The notes beneath the pieces were generated by a model. It made no database searches. It was not told the DNA's origin and saw nothing but the letters and a program-made list of their open reading frames with translations. A stretch of 64,000 bases of DNA. It comes from Escherichia phage Gostya9. The position numbers and the translations under genes are program-made. Shown here one piece after another: positions 42,498 to 54,200 of the stretch (position 1 is the first letter of the stretch; the number at the start of each line of letters is the position of its first letter). The stretch lies in the sequence record NC_047979.1, one strand, 5' to 3'.

Positions 42498-45167
42498 TTA
42501 TGGCAGATCGTTGTTAACCACATTGCCCTTCAACGCAGCTATCTCCGCTTTCAAACTATCAATTTCTGCTTTGAGCGCTTGAGTGGCACCCATCAAGTCC
42601 ATAATAATAGGGTTAGTATCAATTGAAGGTCTGTCTCGGGTCTTCTGTGAAACAATTTTCTTCTCGACTTCACGACGAATAAATTTATGTTCAATGCGTT
42701 GTTCTTTGATTTGTTCTGTAATACCAGTCTCGGGGTCGGTATGATCTACAGTAACCTCTACAGGTACATCCTCATATATATCCTTATAAACATCCTCGTA
42801 TACATCCTCATAAATCTCTTCATTGTGCTTCACATATTGTGGGGTGACTTTCTCCGATTCTTCTGCAATAATACCAAATCTTATTCTTTCTTGTTCATCG
42901 TCCTTATAAATAAAAGTGACCATGCGTTGTGCCATGATGCGGTTTAAAGCATCAATAGGATTACCGTCATTGATCTCCTTTTTATATGCTAAGCCCGATG
43001 TTCCTTGCAGTGCAAGGGTTCCGGCAGCACTCGGAAGTCTAATCCAATGCTCAGGCGAACCTGCTACGGTATATGTTTGAAATCCATAGCTCCCTACAGT
43101 TTCGCTAAACCCCACACGGTTTCGAATAACTCCATTTGCTGCTAAGTTACAAACATAAGACGCTGCACCATTGGATTTAAACGTTGCAGCGTCGGTTCCT
43201 GCGTCCCCGCCACCCGCTGTAATTCGCCCGGTAATATTGGTAGAGAACGCAATTGCAATCCCAGTACCCGCACCCCCAATGGCTAACGGAGTAGAATGAT
43301 ACGAGCCATCCTCATTGTAGTAGTAGAATGCGTAGCCCCCGCTGATAGCAAGCCCTGATCGCCATCTTACAGTAGATGGACTGGAAGGTCCGGTATAAGC
43401 TGTGTAAGCCGAACCCGGTCCCGTCGCTCTAATTAATACGCTGTCTTGACTATAACCCCCAGTTGTCCTGAGCTGACCAACTTCCCCAAATGAACTAGTC
43501 TTGTGAGCTGGTAGCGTGACTGTTTTAGCTGAAGCGCTGTAGTTAAAGACAACATTAGTGTTACCAGTATCGTTCTCCTGGAGTCGTATGTTACCGCCAT
43601 CCATAACCATAACATAGCCAGTTACATCATCTGGGGCGCCAACTTCTTCAAATTTAATTGCTGGGTTAACACTCTTGATTAAAAGAGGATTACCAGCGTT
43701 CGCCCCAAATTCTGCATTAAGGTTAAACTTCTGCTTTTTGGTAAAAGTATTTTCAGCATCAAGTTTAGCTAGGCTGGAGGGGTCCAGTGAATCCGCATAC
43801 CCTTTCGCGCGGTTAGCTTCCTCTGTTGCTAGGGTGGCTTTCTGCCCTGCGGTTGCAGCGCTGCCTGCGGCTGCTGTAGCTTGTTCCACCGCTTCGGTTG
43901 CACTAGCACCAGCTTGAGCTGCAGAAGCTGCGGCAGCGTCTTTTAGCGGGGTTATTGTATTAATTGCTTCCGTCTTAGCGGTGTTGACCGCAGCAACACC
44001 CGATGTTTTAACTGTATTAACTTCTTCGACTGCGTCGGCTTTAGCTATTGCGACTTCAGTCAACGCGGAGTCTTTAATTGCTTGAGTATCTGTTTTTAAC
44101 TGAGTAACGTCAGCTTTAAGCTGGGTAACTGTAGTTACAGCAGCACTAGCTGTGCTAGCAGATCCCGCCGCGTCAGCTTGTGCTTGGCTAGCAGCGTCTT
44201 CACTAGCTTTTGCGTTAGTTTCTGAAGTTTTTGCAGCAGTTTCTGAGTTTTTTGCTGATTCAGCATCAGCAGCAGCTTGTGTAGCGAATATTTCTGCCTC
44301 ATCCCTAAATCCTTTAGAGTCAGAAGCAGCACTAGCACTATTAGCAGCATTAATCTCAGAAGTTTTAGCCGCAGAAGCAGATGCAGCAGCATTAGTTTCT
44401 GAGATGTTTGCTGCGGAGGCCGCGGCAGCTGCAGTAGTTTCGCTAGCGTTTGCATTAGTTTCTGAAGTTTTAGCTGCCAGTTCACTAGCCTTTGCATTGG
44501 TTTCTGAAGTTTTAGCTGCGGTTTCACTATTAGCAGCCGCAGTAGCAGAAGAAGCAGACTGAGTTGCAGATTGCTGAGAAGATGCTGCAGAGATTTCCGC
44601 TTCATTTTCAGAGTCCTTAGCATTTAGCTCTGACTGCTTAGCATTAGTTTCTGATGTTTTAGCTGCTGAAGCAGAAGCAGCCGCAGCAGTTTTACTACTA
44701 TTAGCGTTGGTCTCAGAAGTTCTAGCTGCGGTTTCACTAGCTTTTGCGTTAGTTTCTGAAGTTTTAGCTGCGGTTTCACTAGCTTTTGCGTTAGTTTCTG
44801 AAGTTTTAGCTGCGATTTCACTAGCTTTTGCATTAGTTTCTGAAGTTTTAGCAGCGGTTTTACTATTGGCAGAAGCAGTAGCAGAAGAAGCAGACTGAGC
44901 TGCGGATTGCTGAGAAGATGCCGCAGAAATTTCTGCGGCATCTTCCGAATCTTTAGCATTTAGCTCTGACTGTTTTGCATTAATTTCAGATTGCTTAGCT
45001 GCTGCAGCAGATGCTCTAGAAGACCCTATTGCAGAGGTTAGCTCTCCTGCAGTAATAGAGCTAATTGTGTTTCCCAGAACTACGGTATACTTAGGGTATT
45101 TACTTGCAGTTATACTATTCTGGTCCATAGTGACCATTTGTTGTAGAATTATTTTAGTTATAGCCAT
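42498..45167 (-). CDS. ltf: L-shaped tail fibre protein (pb1-like) with tandem repeats and C-terminal intramolecular chaperone domain
   Basis: 889 aa; central Ala/Ser/Thr-rich tandem repeats (TSETNAKASE x several, plus two about 70-aa duplicated blocks); C-terminal segment (GLAYKKEINDGNPIDALNRIMAQRMVTFIYKDDEQERIRFGIIAEE ... coiled coil) resembles S74-type self-cleaving chaperone domains. ATG overlaps the upstream stop. Confidence 0.7.
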   Translation of the reverse strand: MAITKIILQQMVTMDQNSITASKYPKYTVVLGNTISSITAGELTSAIGSSRASAAAAKQSEINAKQSELNAKDSEDAAEISAASSQQSAAQSASSATASANSKTAAKTSETNAKASEIAAKTSETNAKASETAAKTSETNAKASETAARTSETNANSSKTAAAASASAAKTSETNAKQSELNAKDSENEAEISAASSQQSATQSASSATAAANSETAAKTSETNAKASELAAKTSETNANASETTAAAAASAANISETNAAASASAAKTSEINAANSASAASDSKGFRDEAEIFATQAAADAESAKNSETAAKTSETNAKASEDAASQAQADAAGSASTASAAVTTVTQLKADVTQLKTDTQAIKDSALTEVAIAKADAVEEVNTVKTSGVAAVNTAKTEAINTITPLKDAAAASAAQAGASATEAVEQATAAAGSAATAGQKATLATEEANRAKGYADSLDPSSLAKLDAENTFTKKQKFNLNAEFGANAGNPLLIKSVNPAIKFEEVGAPDDVTGYVMVMDGGNIRLQENDTGNTNVVFNYSASAKTVTLPAHKTSSFGEVGQLRTTGGYSQDSVLIRATGPGSAYTAYTGPSSPSTVRWRSGLAISGGYAFYYYNEDGSYHSTPLAIGGAGTGIAIAFSTNITGRITAGGGDAGTDAATFKSNGAASYVCNLAANGVIRNRVGFSETVGSYGFQTYTVAGSPEHWIRLPSAAGTLALQGTSGLAYKKEINDGNPIDALNRIMAQRMVTFIYKDDEQERIRFGIIAEESEKVTPQYVKHNEEIYEDVYEDVYKDIYEDVPVEVTVDHTDPETGITEQIKEQRIEHKFIRREVEKKIVSQKTRDRPSIDTNPIIMDLMGATQALKAEIDSLKAEIAALKGNVVNNDLP
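44140..44960. repeat. tandem direct repeats (about 39-42-nt units and larger duplicated blocks) inside the tail-fibre gene
   Basis: Near-identical units such as GCGGTTTCACTAGCTTTTGCGTTAGTTTCTGAAGTTTTAGCT recur at 44721, 44761 and 44801, encoding the TSETNAKASE repeats; these also generate spurious poly-Leu/poly-Ala ORFs in other frames. Confidence 0.7.
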
Positions 45168-45589
45168 TATTGAGTCACCCCATCGCTAATATAAATTTTG
45201 CCTTCCATAATACGGAAAGAACTAGCAGCATTACCAACAGCTGTTCTAGTAATAATTACATCATAGTACCCAGCTAATCTCTGTCTGGGGTTATATCTAT
45301 CTCTTTCTTTGGATGCTTTGGAAGCAATAGTAGCTACAGCACTAACAGGTAGACTTATAGAGGCTACCCCCTGTGCAGCATCAACAATAGATGTAGTAAA
45401 AGATGCTAAAGTTTCAGCCCCATCTTCAAAGCTACTTTTAATACTTCCTCTAAGAGAAAAGCCAGTAAGGTCTACTGGTGTAGATGTAGGGGGATAAACA
45501 CTATCATCTACATCCATAAATTGCATAAGTAAACCATAAGGTACGTTCTCATCTACTACTAAATCAATAACTCTATTTTCTGTACTCAT
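45167..45589 (-). CDS. tail collar-like protein (p132-position, 140 aa)
   Basis: Size and position immediately upstream of the tail fibre match the T5 collar protein as I recall it; no diagnostic motif. Confidence 0.45.
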   Translation of the reverse strand: MSTENRVIDLVVDENVPYGLLMQFMDVDDSVYPPTSTPVDLTGFSLRGSIKSSFEDGAETLASFTTSIVDAAQGVASISLPVSAVATIASKASKERDRYNPRQRLAGYYDVIITRTAVGNAASSFRIMEGKIYISDGVTQ

Positions 45590-45593
45590 TATT

Positions 45594-47678
45594 TTACCTT
45601 ATATGGATATACCCGTTTTGCAGGTCTATCTTCATTTTGTAAGATCCCTCTGGGTTAGAGGATAGTGCTGCTGCACGATCATATATAATATTTACACCTA
45701 TTTGTGATAAGAAAGCATTATTAGCAACAATTTTACTAGCAGTTACCGTACCATTAACTATCATATCACCATGTAAAACCATTGCAGGGCTAGCCCATGC
45801 TGAACCATTCCACTGCCTAGTAAACGCTGTTCCAGGTGCATCACTTTTATACTCAGTCAATACATCATACTTAACAGGGCCACTACCGAAGTTAGATGTA
45901 AAAAACGAATTGGCTTGAGAATCATTCCATGCCGTTAAATTAGTAATAGCAACGGAGTACATACCGGGACCACGTTGTCCATTAGCACCTGGACTACCAT
46001 TGGCCCCTGGCCTACCATCAACCCCTTCTGTACCACTCCATTGAACTACATCTGACCAACTGGTTCCAGATACTAACTGATTAGTAACAGGGTCTAAAGT
46101 ACCAGTAGAACAATAAATATTCTGAGTATTAGATGTTCTATTCGGTGGAGTTTTAGACCAACCTGAAGGTGGGTATGCAGGACTTGTTGGTTTAGCAGGC
46201 AATGAAGTACCTAGAATATAGATAAATACTGTCTGCTTACCTTGTATACCTGTTGCTATATCGATGTCACCGTTAGGTGTACCAATTACAACCCCACTAG
46301 AGATTCTTAACGTATCCCCATCATAACGAATGTACTGTGTAGCATTACCAATGTCCAGTTTTGGTTTAGCAGTAGCGTTATCCATGCCCATCCAAATGCC
46401 GGATTTTGTGTCTCCCCAAGTTTTGCCTTGAGTATAGATTGCTGGGTTGTCTTGACCAGTTAAGTTAGTCATTACAAAGTTCGCAGCATTAATGGTTTTA
46501 GTTATTACACTTCCATCAACGTTAACTATCTTTTTAATAGGGTCAAAAGATATTGGTGCTTTTCCTTCTGCATCTAGAAGACCTATATTAATAGCACCGG
46601 TGGCAGCATCTATTAAGAAGGTTTGTTTCCAGGTCGATCCATCTTTAATTTTACCCTTAATGTGCGCGTAATTTACTTCGATACCAGTTTCATTAACAAA
46701 ACTATTATCTAGTGGAGTACTCTCATTTAATATAAATGTCTGTACTGCGGAATCAGTAACATCTTGGGCATCTGGTCCCCAGGCAATAGATGACACTTTA
46801 AATTTATGTTCTACTTTCCACGGGAATGAGATAATTGTTGCAGCTTGAGCAGCACCAACGTTAATCTTTTGAGCTTTAGTCCAACCACTACGTGCGAACT
46901 CTGCTGAGTCTATATAAGAAACAACAAACTCTCTAACGTTAGCACCAGCACCACGTTCCCAGTCCCATTCTACTCTAACATCATATCGTTCCTTACCATC
47001 TGCAATTCGTGCAGCTTTAAACACGATATTAACAGGAGCTGTAGGAGGCACAAAGTTATATTTAACTTCAAAGACGGTAGGATACTCAAAATACCCTGAG
47101 GAATCAACTGTTACCCCGTCAGGTAGGGTTACTTGTCCTGAGATCCTTACTTTATAGAATCCAATAGGTACTCCACCAAACATAATAGTTGGCATCAAAG
47201 CACCCACGTAATATTTAATCCAAGGACTATCTGCACTAGAATTATCTTTTAACTCTATAGTACAATAATCGGCCTCCCCGGTAGTATCTATATAAACTAT
47301 TGGAGAACCAACACCAACGTCCACCGGTTCTGACTCGCATCGAGCACCCGTGATTCTAGGTGCTGATTTCATTCTAAAAGTTTGTTTGTCAGATAAATTA
47401 ATACCTATCTGAGCATTAAGTAGTTCAGAGTCTATTATAGAATCATAAAATGCACCCTGAACTTCATAAGTTGTCGTAGGTTTTAAGTTATTAATAGTTA
47501 CAGAGAATGTATCAACACCAGTAAAATCCCTACGAGTGATGTTGTTACCTTCTTTAAGCCAGAAGGATCTACCAATAACGTCGTAATCCGAGTAAATGGA
47601 GTGCTGGATATACGCTAAGGTATATCCAGTCAGTACGCTATTTAAGACCATCTTGGCTGGTGCATTATTTGAAATCAT
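45594..47678 (-). CDS. baseplate/tail tip protein (pb4-like) with Ig/FN3-like beta-rich repeats
   Basis: About 694 aa, beta-rich Gly/Thr/Ser composition. ATG at 47678 overlaps the upstream stop (TAATG); the track ORF starts 5 codons upstream at a GTG. Confidence 0.5.
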   Translation of the reverse strand: MISNNAPAKMVLNSVLTGYTLAYIQHSIYSDYDVIGRSFWLKEGNNITRRDFTGVDTFSVTINNLKPTTTYEVQGAFYDSIIDSELLNAQIGINLSDKQTFRMKSAPRITGARCESEPVDVGVGSPIVYIDTTGEADYCTIELKDNSSADSPWIKYYVGALMPTIMFGGVPIGFYKVRISGQVTLPDGVTVDSSGYFEYPTVFEVKYNFVPPTAPVNIVFKAARIADGKERYDVRVEWDWERGAGANVREFVVSYIDSAEFARSGWTKAQKINVGAAQAATIISFPWKVEHKFKVSSIAWGPDAQDVTDSAVQTFILNESTPLDNSFVNETGIEVNYAHIKGKIKDGSTWKQTFLIDAATGAINIGLLDAEGKAPISFDPIKKIVNVDGSVITKTINAANFVMTNLTGQDNPAIYTQGKTWGDTKSGIWMGMDNATAKPKLDIGNATQYIRYDGDTLRISSGVVIGTPNGDIDIATGIQGKQTVFIYILGTSLPAKPTSPAYPPSGWSKTPPNRTSNTQNIYCSTGTLDPVTNQLVSGTSWSDVVQWSGTEGVDGRPGANGSPGANGQRGPGMYSVAITNLTAWNDSQANSFFTSNFGSGPVKYDVLTEYKSDAPGTAFTRQWNGSAWASPAMVLHGDMIVNGTVTASKIVANNAFLSQIGVNIIYDRAAALSSNPEGSYKMKIDLQNGYIHIR

Positions 47679-50527
47679 TAAATGGATGCCCACTCCACAG
47701 ACTGTTCTCCATCATCTCCTTCAGCTCTAATACGAAAATACAATTTTCTATTTATACCTAGAGCACCGCTGTTCTGGAGAGCAAAGTCTGCCTTATTATA
47801 TATTAATAAATAGTCATAAGTATACTGATTTTCAATACGTACACTTCTTAACATCCTATTTTGCGAATCGTGTATTTCAAGTGTATAAAATATACTATCT
47901 ATTATATCTTCTTCAGGTATTCTATCCCAAGCTAGTTTCACATCTGGGCCAACAAACTCAGTTACATCTCCAGAAGCAGTATTAGTTACCCTAAAATTAG
48001 ATACTACACTAAGGTTTTTAGCAGAATTAAGTTCTATAGACAGAGTCACCGGGGAACTTCTTCTACCATTAATATCTACTGCCCTTATCTCAAATATAGC
48101 CAGACCTGCTGGTTCCCCAATTATCTCTTGGATCATACGTTCGTTAGGATTATTCTCTAACTGTTGTACTATGTAAGGTTCAGCATGACCGGAATGCACG
48201 ATAGAGTAATAAACTACGTTATTAGTTAAGCTTGGAAGCCAGGATAATTCACCATTTTTTCCTATAGAACCAACTAAACCACCAGGTGTAGGAGTATACT
48301 TAAAATCTCTAGGTGGAAGGACATTGTTACTAATATCTGGTATATCATTACCACTATTATCTACTTGATCAGAGTTGATGAATACATCTTCTCCATACTC
48401 CTGTAGAGTAACATTTATCTTACCTTCTCTAGAGTTTTCCACTTCGTCTACTAGGAAGTACTTCCTATCCCACCCATAACGGCCATATGTGAATGCAATA
48501 GCATCGTTAGGTTCAATACCAATGAATTGATACGGCAATGAGAAAGAAAGTGTTCTTGAGTATCTGGATTTCTTAAGTTCTCTATCAGCAAAACTTCTTG
48601 CAGTATAGTAATTAGTAATATTAGCAAAAGATAGTTGTAATTTTTTATCTAGGTTCTTGTCCTGTTCCTTATACTGGGAGTTATAGAATGTAATGGAATT
48701 AGTTTTCCAGCTAAGGGCTGGATCTACGATAGATGCTTGAACTGAGTTGAATTTATTTCTACCAGTAGTATCTGATAGCTCCAAATCACCGTAAGTATCT
48801 AGAAAATTAATCTCTAACGGAGTATTAGAGTATTTTTCTACAGTAACCCTGTACTGGCCAGATAAGTTGTTAATAGCCCCACCAAAGGATTCTAATATAC
48901 CTTGAACGTTTTTAAATACTGATTCAGAAGTGTCTAGTATGGTGTTTAGTTGAACTATTTGACGATGCTCGGAGTAAGAATCTTCCCAACCAACGTAGCG
49001 CCAGTAGGGTTGCCAGCCAACTTGGTAAGATTCATCAATTATATCTAGAATCTTAGCTTCGGCGATTACCTGCTGCAGCGGGAACTGATCAATGGTGATA
49101 TTAGCCCCGTAACGTTCGGAAGTCAAATAATCCATTAACTGCCAGATACCGTTTAAGCTAGTTTTGTTGGCCACTACAGAACCGTCAGAATGGTAGACTT
49201 TTACTTTTTTACCTTGAATTTCAGCACTAACTTCAGGAATATCAGTTCTGTTTTCATTAATAGTAAAACGCACTACGGCATAAGCGGTATCTAGTAGCTT
49301 ATATCTGGCGTCCCAGTACTCCGGTCCATTGCCATTCATATTCTGAAGGTAGAACCCACGTTCTCTAGCTATATCTACTAGTACTTCAGAAGCCGTTTGA
49401 TTAGACTTTCCGTGGTAAGTCCAAATCCTTATATCACCATTTCCATCATTATACCTATACTCTTGACCATGAACGGATGGACTACTAGAGGAAATTCCAG
49501 ATGCTATCCTCTGCATGGTATCTCCTACTATTTTTTTAGTACCGAAGCAGGTTCTAGCGGAGCTATCATTATCGTCTACACAAATCATAGGGTTATCACC
49601 AAAGGAGAAATCAAGAAAACCATCAATCTCTCCCTCAGCAAAGGCGTATACGACATAAACTATGTTGGGATTGTGTAGTTCTGTATCAGCAAAAATAGGT
49701 ATCCCCGGTATTTTCTGTACACCATAAACTACTGGTATATATTTAGCAGCAAGGTTAAAATCTATATCTACTTCCTTAGTAACAGTTTCATAGTATTTTT
49801 TAAGGCTGTAGCTTCTAGATAAACCAAATAATTTTTTCTTTGATTTTAGCTTGTATCTTTCTTCCTGTACTTGGTACTTTGCCAGTATAGATATACTTTT
49901 ATTAGCATGAAAGAACCCATAGTCTTCTTGGTACTCAGGTCTTTTAGCACCGTTAGATGGTACTAGCTGTCCAGCTACAACTTCAAGCCCCCTATGAGAA
50001 GCATCATCAGTATATCTGCCATTAACCCTATCAAAGTCATAGAATTGGTTAGAACAATTCCAGGTAATTGTAGAAGTTCCTACTCCAGAGGTACTAATGT
50101 TATCTTTAATGCCTCCTCCAGTAATCCTTCCCCTAAAGTACAGTAAAGGACCATTTGTATCTGGGTCTACTGGCAGAATAGAACCATCTTCAGTAATAAT
50201 TGCTTGATGAATTGATACGGTTCTATCTAAGAAGGACACGCCATTTTGTACTAGTTTTAGCACTTCATCCTGTGCTGTGCCAGTAATGGTAAAAGATAGA
50301 CTTCCAATAGATAAATCTCTGTTTTGTTTGTGTGGGCTAATAGACTTAACTTTACCCGCTTGGTATAGGATGCCATTATATATTACATCTCTAAAATAAT
50401 CAGTTAAATAAATAAAAGCAGTACTAGTACCAGTAGAGCCAGGTAACTCTAGAGAAATTAGACTAGCAGTTTTTATTCTGCTATTATTTTTTAAGTAGTT
50501 TCTAGCACTATCTAGTATTTTTTTCAT
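47678..50527 (-). CDS. baseplate hub protein (pb3-like)
   Basis: 949 aa, which matches the T5 pb3 length as I recall it; sits between Dit and pb4-like genes; start overlaps the Dit stop. Confidence 0.6.
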   Translation of the reverse strand: MKKILDSARNYLKNNSRIKTASLISLELPGSTGTSTAFIYLTDYFRDVIYNGILYQAGKVKSISPHKQNRDLSIGSLSFTITGTAQDEVLKLVQNGVSFLDRTVSIHQAIITEDGSILPVDPDTNGPLLYFRGRITGGGIKDNISTSGVGTSTITWNCSNQFYDFDRVNGRYTDDASHRGLEVVAGQLVPSNGAKRPEYQEDYGFFHANKSISILAKYQVQEERYKLKSKKKLFGLSRSYSLKKYYETVTKEVDIDFNLAAKYIPVVYGVQKIPGIPIFADTELHNPNIVYVVYAFAEGEIDGFLDFSFGDNPMICVDDNDSSARTCFGTKKIVGDTMQRIASGISSSSPSVHGQEYRYNDGNGDIRIWTYHGKSNQTASEVLVDIARERGFYLQNMNGNGPEYWDARYKLLDTAYAVVRFTINENRTDIPEVSAEIQGKKVKVYHSDGSVVANKTSLNGIWQLMDYLTSERYGANITIDQFPLQQVIAEAKILDIIDESYQVGWQPYWRYVGWEDSYSEHRQIVQLNTILDTSESVFKNVQGILESFGGAINNLSGQYRVTVEKYSNTPLEINFLDTYGDLELSDTTGRNKFNSVQASIVDPALSWKTNSITFYNSQYKEQDKNLDKKLQLSFANITNYYTARSFADRELKKSRYSRTLSFSLPYQFIGIEPNDAIAFTYGRYGWDRKYFLVDEVENSREGKINVTLQEYGEDVFINSDQVDNSGNDIPDISNNVLPPRDFKYTPTPGGLVGSIGKNGELSWLPSLTNNVVYYSIVHSGHAEPYIVQQLENNPNERMIQEIIGEPAGLAIFEIRAVDINGRRSSPVTLSIELNSAKNLSVVSNFRVTNTASGDVTEFVGPDVKLAWDRIPEEDIIDSIFYTLEIHDSQNRMLRSVRIENQYTYDYLLIYNKADFALQNSGALGINRKLYFRIRAEGDDGEQSVEWASI

Positions 50528-51138
50528 AAACTTTCCCGTAAATTTAATGAGATGCCGGAATATGTTCCGTTATTATTTAATGTAGATCCGAAAGCATCAC
50601 CATTCATGAGTTTTGTTCTAAACAGTATCCCATTAAATACTGGTTTTTCAGCTCCAGTGGTGGTTATAAATAGGTCAGGGTATACGTTAATAGACCATGA
50701 ATTGCCAGATCTATTAAATGATGTTATTTTATAAACTTTTGGGTGATTGGATAATTTAAATAAATCACCTGGTTTAGGGATACCAGTAAGAACACCTCCT
50801 GTATTCATAGTAATATTGGAACCTCTTTGTCCTGCTGGTATATTTACTAAGTTAGTATTGCCCCTAACCCTAAAAGCTTCATACTGAGGTAATATAACAT
50901 CTATATAGCCACCGGTCCTTTTGTACTCTAGAATAAAAGCATCTAGAACACTATATTCATCTGGAAATAATTCTGGATAAGAAATATTTATACCCCAGTA
51001 TTGAGCAGATACCTTAACTTCGTTAACTTTACCATTTGGTAACTCATCACGAATTACTGGGTCATTATCAATCAGGTTAACACTTTCGAATCCTAAGCCT
51101 GAAAGTTCTGGATTCGTGTATGGGTCTGGTAATCTCAT
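50524..51138 (-). CDS. distal tail protein (Dit, pb9-like)
   Basis: 204 aa immediately downstream of the tape-measure gene, the conserved Dit position in siphovirus-like tail modules; AGAGGAG RBS. Confidence 0.6.
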   Translation of the reverse strand: MRLPDPYTNPELSGLGFESVNLIDNDPVIRDELPNGKVNEVKVSAQYWGINISYPELFPDEYSVLDAFILEYKRTGGYIDVILPQYEAFRVRGNTNLVNIPAGQRGSNITMNTGGVLTGIPKPGDLFKLSNHPKVYKITSFNRSGNSWSINVYPDLFITTTGAEKPVFNGILFRTKLMNGDAFGSTLNNNGTYSGISLNLRESL

Positions 51139-51165
51139 AGTTAATTTCTCCTCTTTAATAACAAT

Positions 51166-51194
51166 ATTATAATAGTATTAGAAAATTTTATCAA
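51166..51194 (-). promoter_or_regulatory. sigma70-type promoter (TTGATA-N17-TATAAT) within the late tail operon
   Basis: Minus strand TTGATA, 17-bp spacer, TATAAT, 28 nt upstream of the Dit ATG. Confidence 0.45.
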
Positions 51195-51210
51195 GAAATT
51201 TTTATTTTTC

Positions 51211-51240
51211 CATAAAGAAAAGGAGGACTCAAAGTCCTCC
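51211..51240 (-). terminator. rho-independent terminator/attenuator after the tape-measure gene
   Basis: Hairpin GGAGGAC-TTTGA-GTCCTCC followed on the minus strand by TTTTCTTT. Confidence 0.5.
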
Positions 51241-51247
51241 TCCAGTT

Positions 51248-54200
51248 TTAAGAATTTCCTAGTGTTTTTAGGCTAGCACCATTCTCATTCAGAGCTAATT
51301 CTACTGCATCCCTCAGAGCACCGCTATTACTAGAGGCGAACTCTCTAAAACTAGCAGCATCCATAGCACTAATATTCAGGATGATAGGTCTTCCTGAAGC
51401 TGAATTAGAGGAATTTTTTAACTCATCATTAGGTGTAGCTTTCATAGGAACCATAGGAGTAATTACTTCTGTACCGTGTTCTCCCATCTGGTAGCTAACC
51501 CCTGGGTACATATTACCACCTTCGGCACGCGGCACAAATGAGTTGGCATTACCAATACCTTTCTCACCCCGTACATAAGATAGTTCTCCAGCATTAGCAG
51601 ACATAGATACATCAATGCTCTTCTGACGCTCTCCAAGAGTTAAATAACTAGTGGTATTTGCTCCAGAATCCACAGAGGGCATAGAGGATGCATTAGAAGC
51701 AGCGGCTAAGGATAGTGCGCCTGCAGCAGCCGCAGTGGCCATCATCGTTAACCCTAATGGTAAGAACGGTTGGGTAGCTGCAGCGTTCATCATAGCTACG
51801 GCTGTAGATATGATTATTTGCTTTTTAGCTTCTCGCTGCTGTATCTTAGTCTTTTCTGCCTCCAACTTCTTGATTTTAGCTTTAGATTCCTCAGATTTAC
51901 CATCACGCTTCTGTTCTGCTGCAATAGCCTGGTCTATTGCACTTATTTGCTGGTTAGCAGAATATGCCATCATCTGTCCCACCATCTGCATACCTGCAGA
52001 TATGGTTGTTATGCTATCCAAGCTATCTTGTGCATTAGCCACCACTGCTAAGGAGAAATTACCTATGCTGTTAGCCAATGCTGTAGAAGCAGAATCCACT
52101 TCTGACATCTTAGCTATAGCCTGATCATACATAGACATTCTATTCTCAAAATCAGCAAACTCTTTATCAGCACCAGATAATCCATTGGTAGGAGTGAATG
52201 TACCCCCTAGTGAGGATACGACTGATTTGTACGTTTGATCCTCTCTTTGCTTTTTAAGCTGTTCTAGGGCCGCTGAAGTTTTATAAATCTCATTACGATA
52301 CCTGATCTCTTCCTCGGTATTGCCCTTAGATAGTTCCAGCTGTTGCTGCAGAATGGATAGTCTTTCCGTAAGAATTTGGGATTGGCCAGTAACATTTCTC
52401 TGTGTTTGGCTAACCTCTAATGCATCCATGAGGGCTGATACATGTGAGGCAGTTGCCTGATTTTCTGCTTCCCATAGCTCTCTACTTATTTGTGCCTGAG
52501 CGCGCCTTGACTGTTCTACCTTAGCTTGACCATCCGCTTGTTTAGAGTATAATTCCGTTTTTTCCTGCTCTAACTGCAGCTCTAGTCTTAACTGCTCCAA
52601 ACGATACTGAGTACTCGTCATAGTGCGGTCATTAAGAAGAGCTATTTCTCTATCAATACCAAGAATCTTATCTGTGTAATCCTTGACCTTCTTCTGAGCT
52701 TCCATTCCCTGGTTAGTGAGTTTAATTTTCTCCAGCTGAATTTTTTCAATTTCTCTCTCAACAGCTTTGTTCCCCTGGTTTGTTTGAAGAACACGGCGTA
52801 AAGCAGCTTCTTGCTCTTCTAACTGTTGGAGTTCTAAACGCCTACCAGCTTCCTGTGCCTTTTCTTTATCCTTAGTTTGATTATATACATCAGCTATCTT
52901 CTGTTGAACTGCTAACTGATTTTTAGTTTCATTACCAGTTAGTTTAACGTACTCAGATAGAGCCTGGGATGCAGTTTTCATTTCAGACAGGGTGTTATAA
53001 CCCAGGTTAAGGTTTTTAACGTACTCATCTGCACTTTTACCAGTACCTTGAGATAGTGATTCTATATTTTTTATAGCATCTGCTAGTGTAGCACTAGTTT
53101 TAGCGGCGGTATCTGTACTCTGAGCAACGTTCTGTATATCATTAGCTAGGTCACTAGCAGTTTTCTTAGTTTGATTATATGCTTTCTGTTGTTCAGTTAG
53201 TCCTTTTAGTACTGTAGAGTTAAAGTCATATACAGCACCAGGATCAGTAGTATCCCTATGTAGATTAATCTGTTTCTGGAACTCTGGGTTAGCTTTTGCA
53301 GCAGCCGCACCCGCAGCTTGATAGGCTGACTTCCAAGCATTAAGGTTTTCAGTAGAATCCTCTACTTCCTTATCTAGTCTGGCTACTTGTAGACCCATAG
53401 CCGCTGTTTCTTCTACAAACTTTTTATTAGCTTCGGAAGAACCTATGCGCATCCCTCCTACTTCAAATCCCCCAGCAGCTAACCCAACGGGCATTCCCTC
53501 GCCCACCAACCTAATAGCGGCGGCAGTACTAGCGTCTGCTTGCTCCATTCGTTTATCGAACTCAGATTTTAGCTTATTACGCTTATCCAGGGATTCCCTA
53601 TACATATCTAGAGCTTTATTATACCCCTCTTCAGAGGCAGATAGACTTAAAGCAACAGCACCAACGTTGGTAGGATCTATCTGTCTATTAGTTTTTTCTT
53701 GAGCTCTAGCTGCTTCAGCAGATACAGAAGCCTGAGAAGTATAAAATACTGTGTTGATAGCATCAATTACTGGTCCTAAGTACTTAGCAGCAGCTTGTTG
53801 TATTGTTCTTAGTGCAGCATCTGCGTTAGCAGCAAACTGCTCCCACGGAGTAGCACGTAAAACTTCATCTAAGTAACCAAAACGTTTAGTAGACTCTGCT
53901 ATAACAGCATTAGCATACGCTTGCTGTTTCTGGAAAGTAGTGAGACTATTAATATTATAAGTTATACCCGTGTTAGCAGCATTTAGCTGTTTAACATAGT
54001 CAGCATATGCGTCATTAAGACGAATAGTAACACCAAGTTCATCCAGAAGTTCGATTTCCTGTTTTGATACACCCTTAATTACACGGTTAAGTGCATCAGT
54101 CATATCAACACCAAGAACAGCAGCAGCACGACGGGCTACTAGACCAAATTTATTAAGTTGCTCGGCATCAAATCCGTATGCAGAAGCAGAGGATGCTTGT

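Noticed and set aside
43675-44959. Poly-Ala and poly-Leu ORFs (both strands) within the tail-fibre repeat region; possible CRISPR-like periodicity
   Set aside because: They are alternative-frame translations of the tandem repeats inside the tail-fibre coding sequence; the repeats are contiguous coding units without unique spacers, so this is not a CRISPR array.
51651-52124. Plus-strand ORFs inside the tape-measure gene
   Set aside because: Antisense to a 1235-aa structural gene; low-complexity composition.
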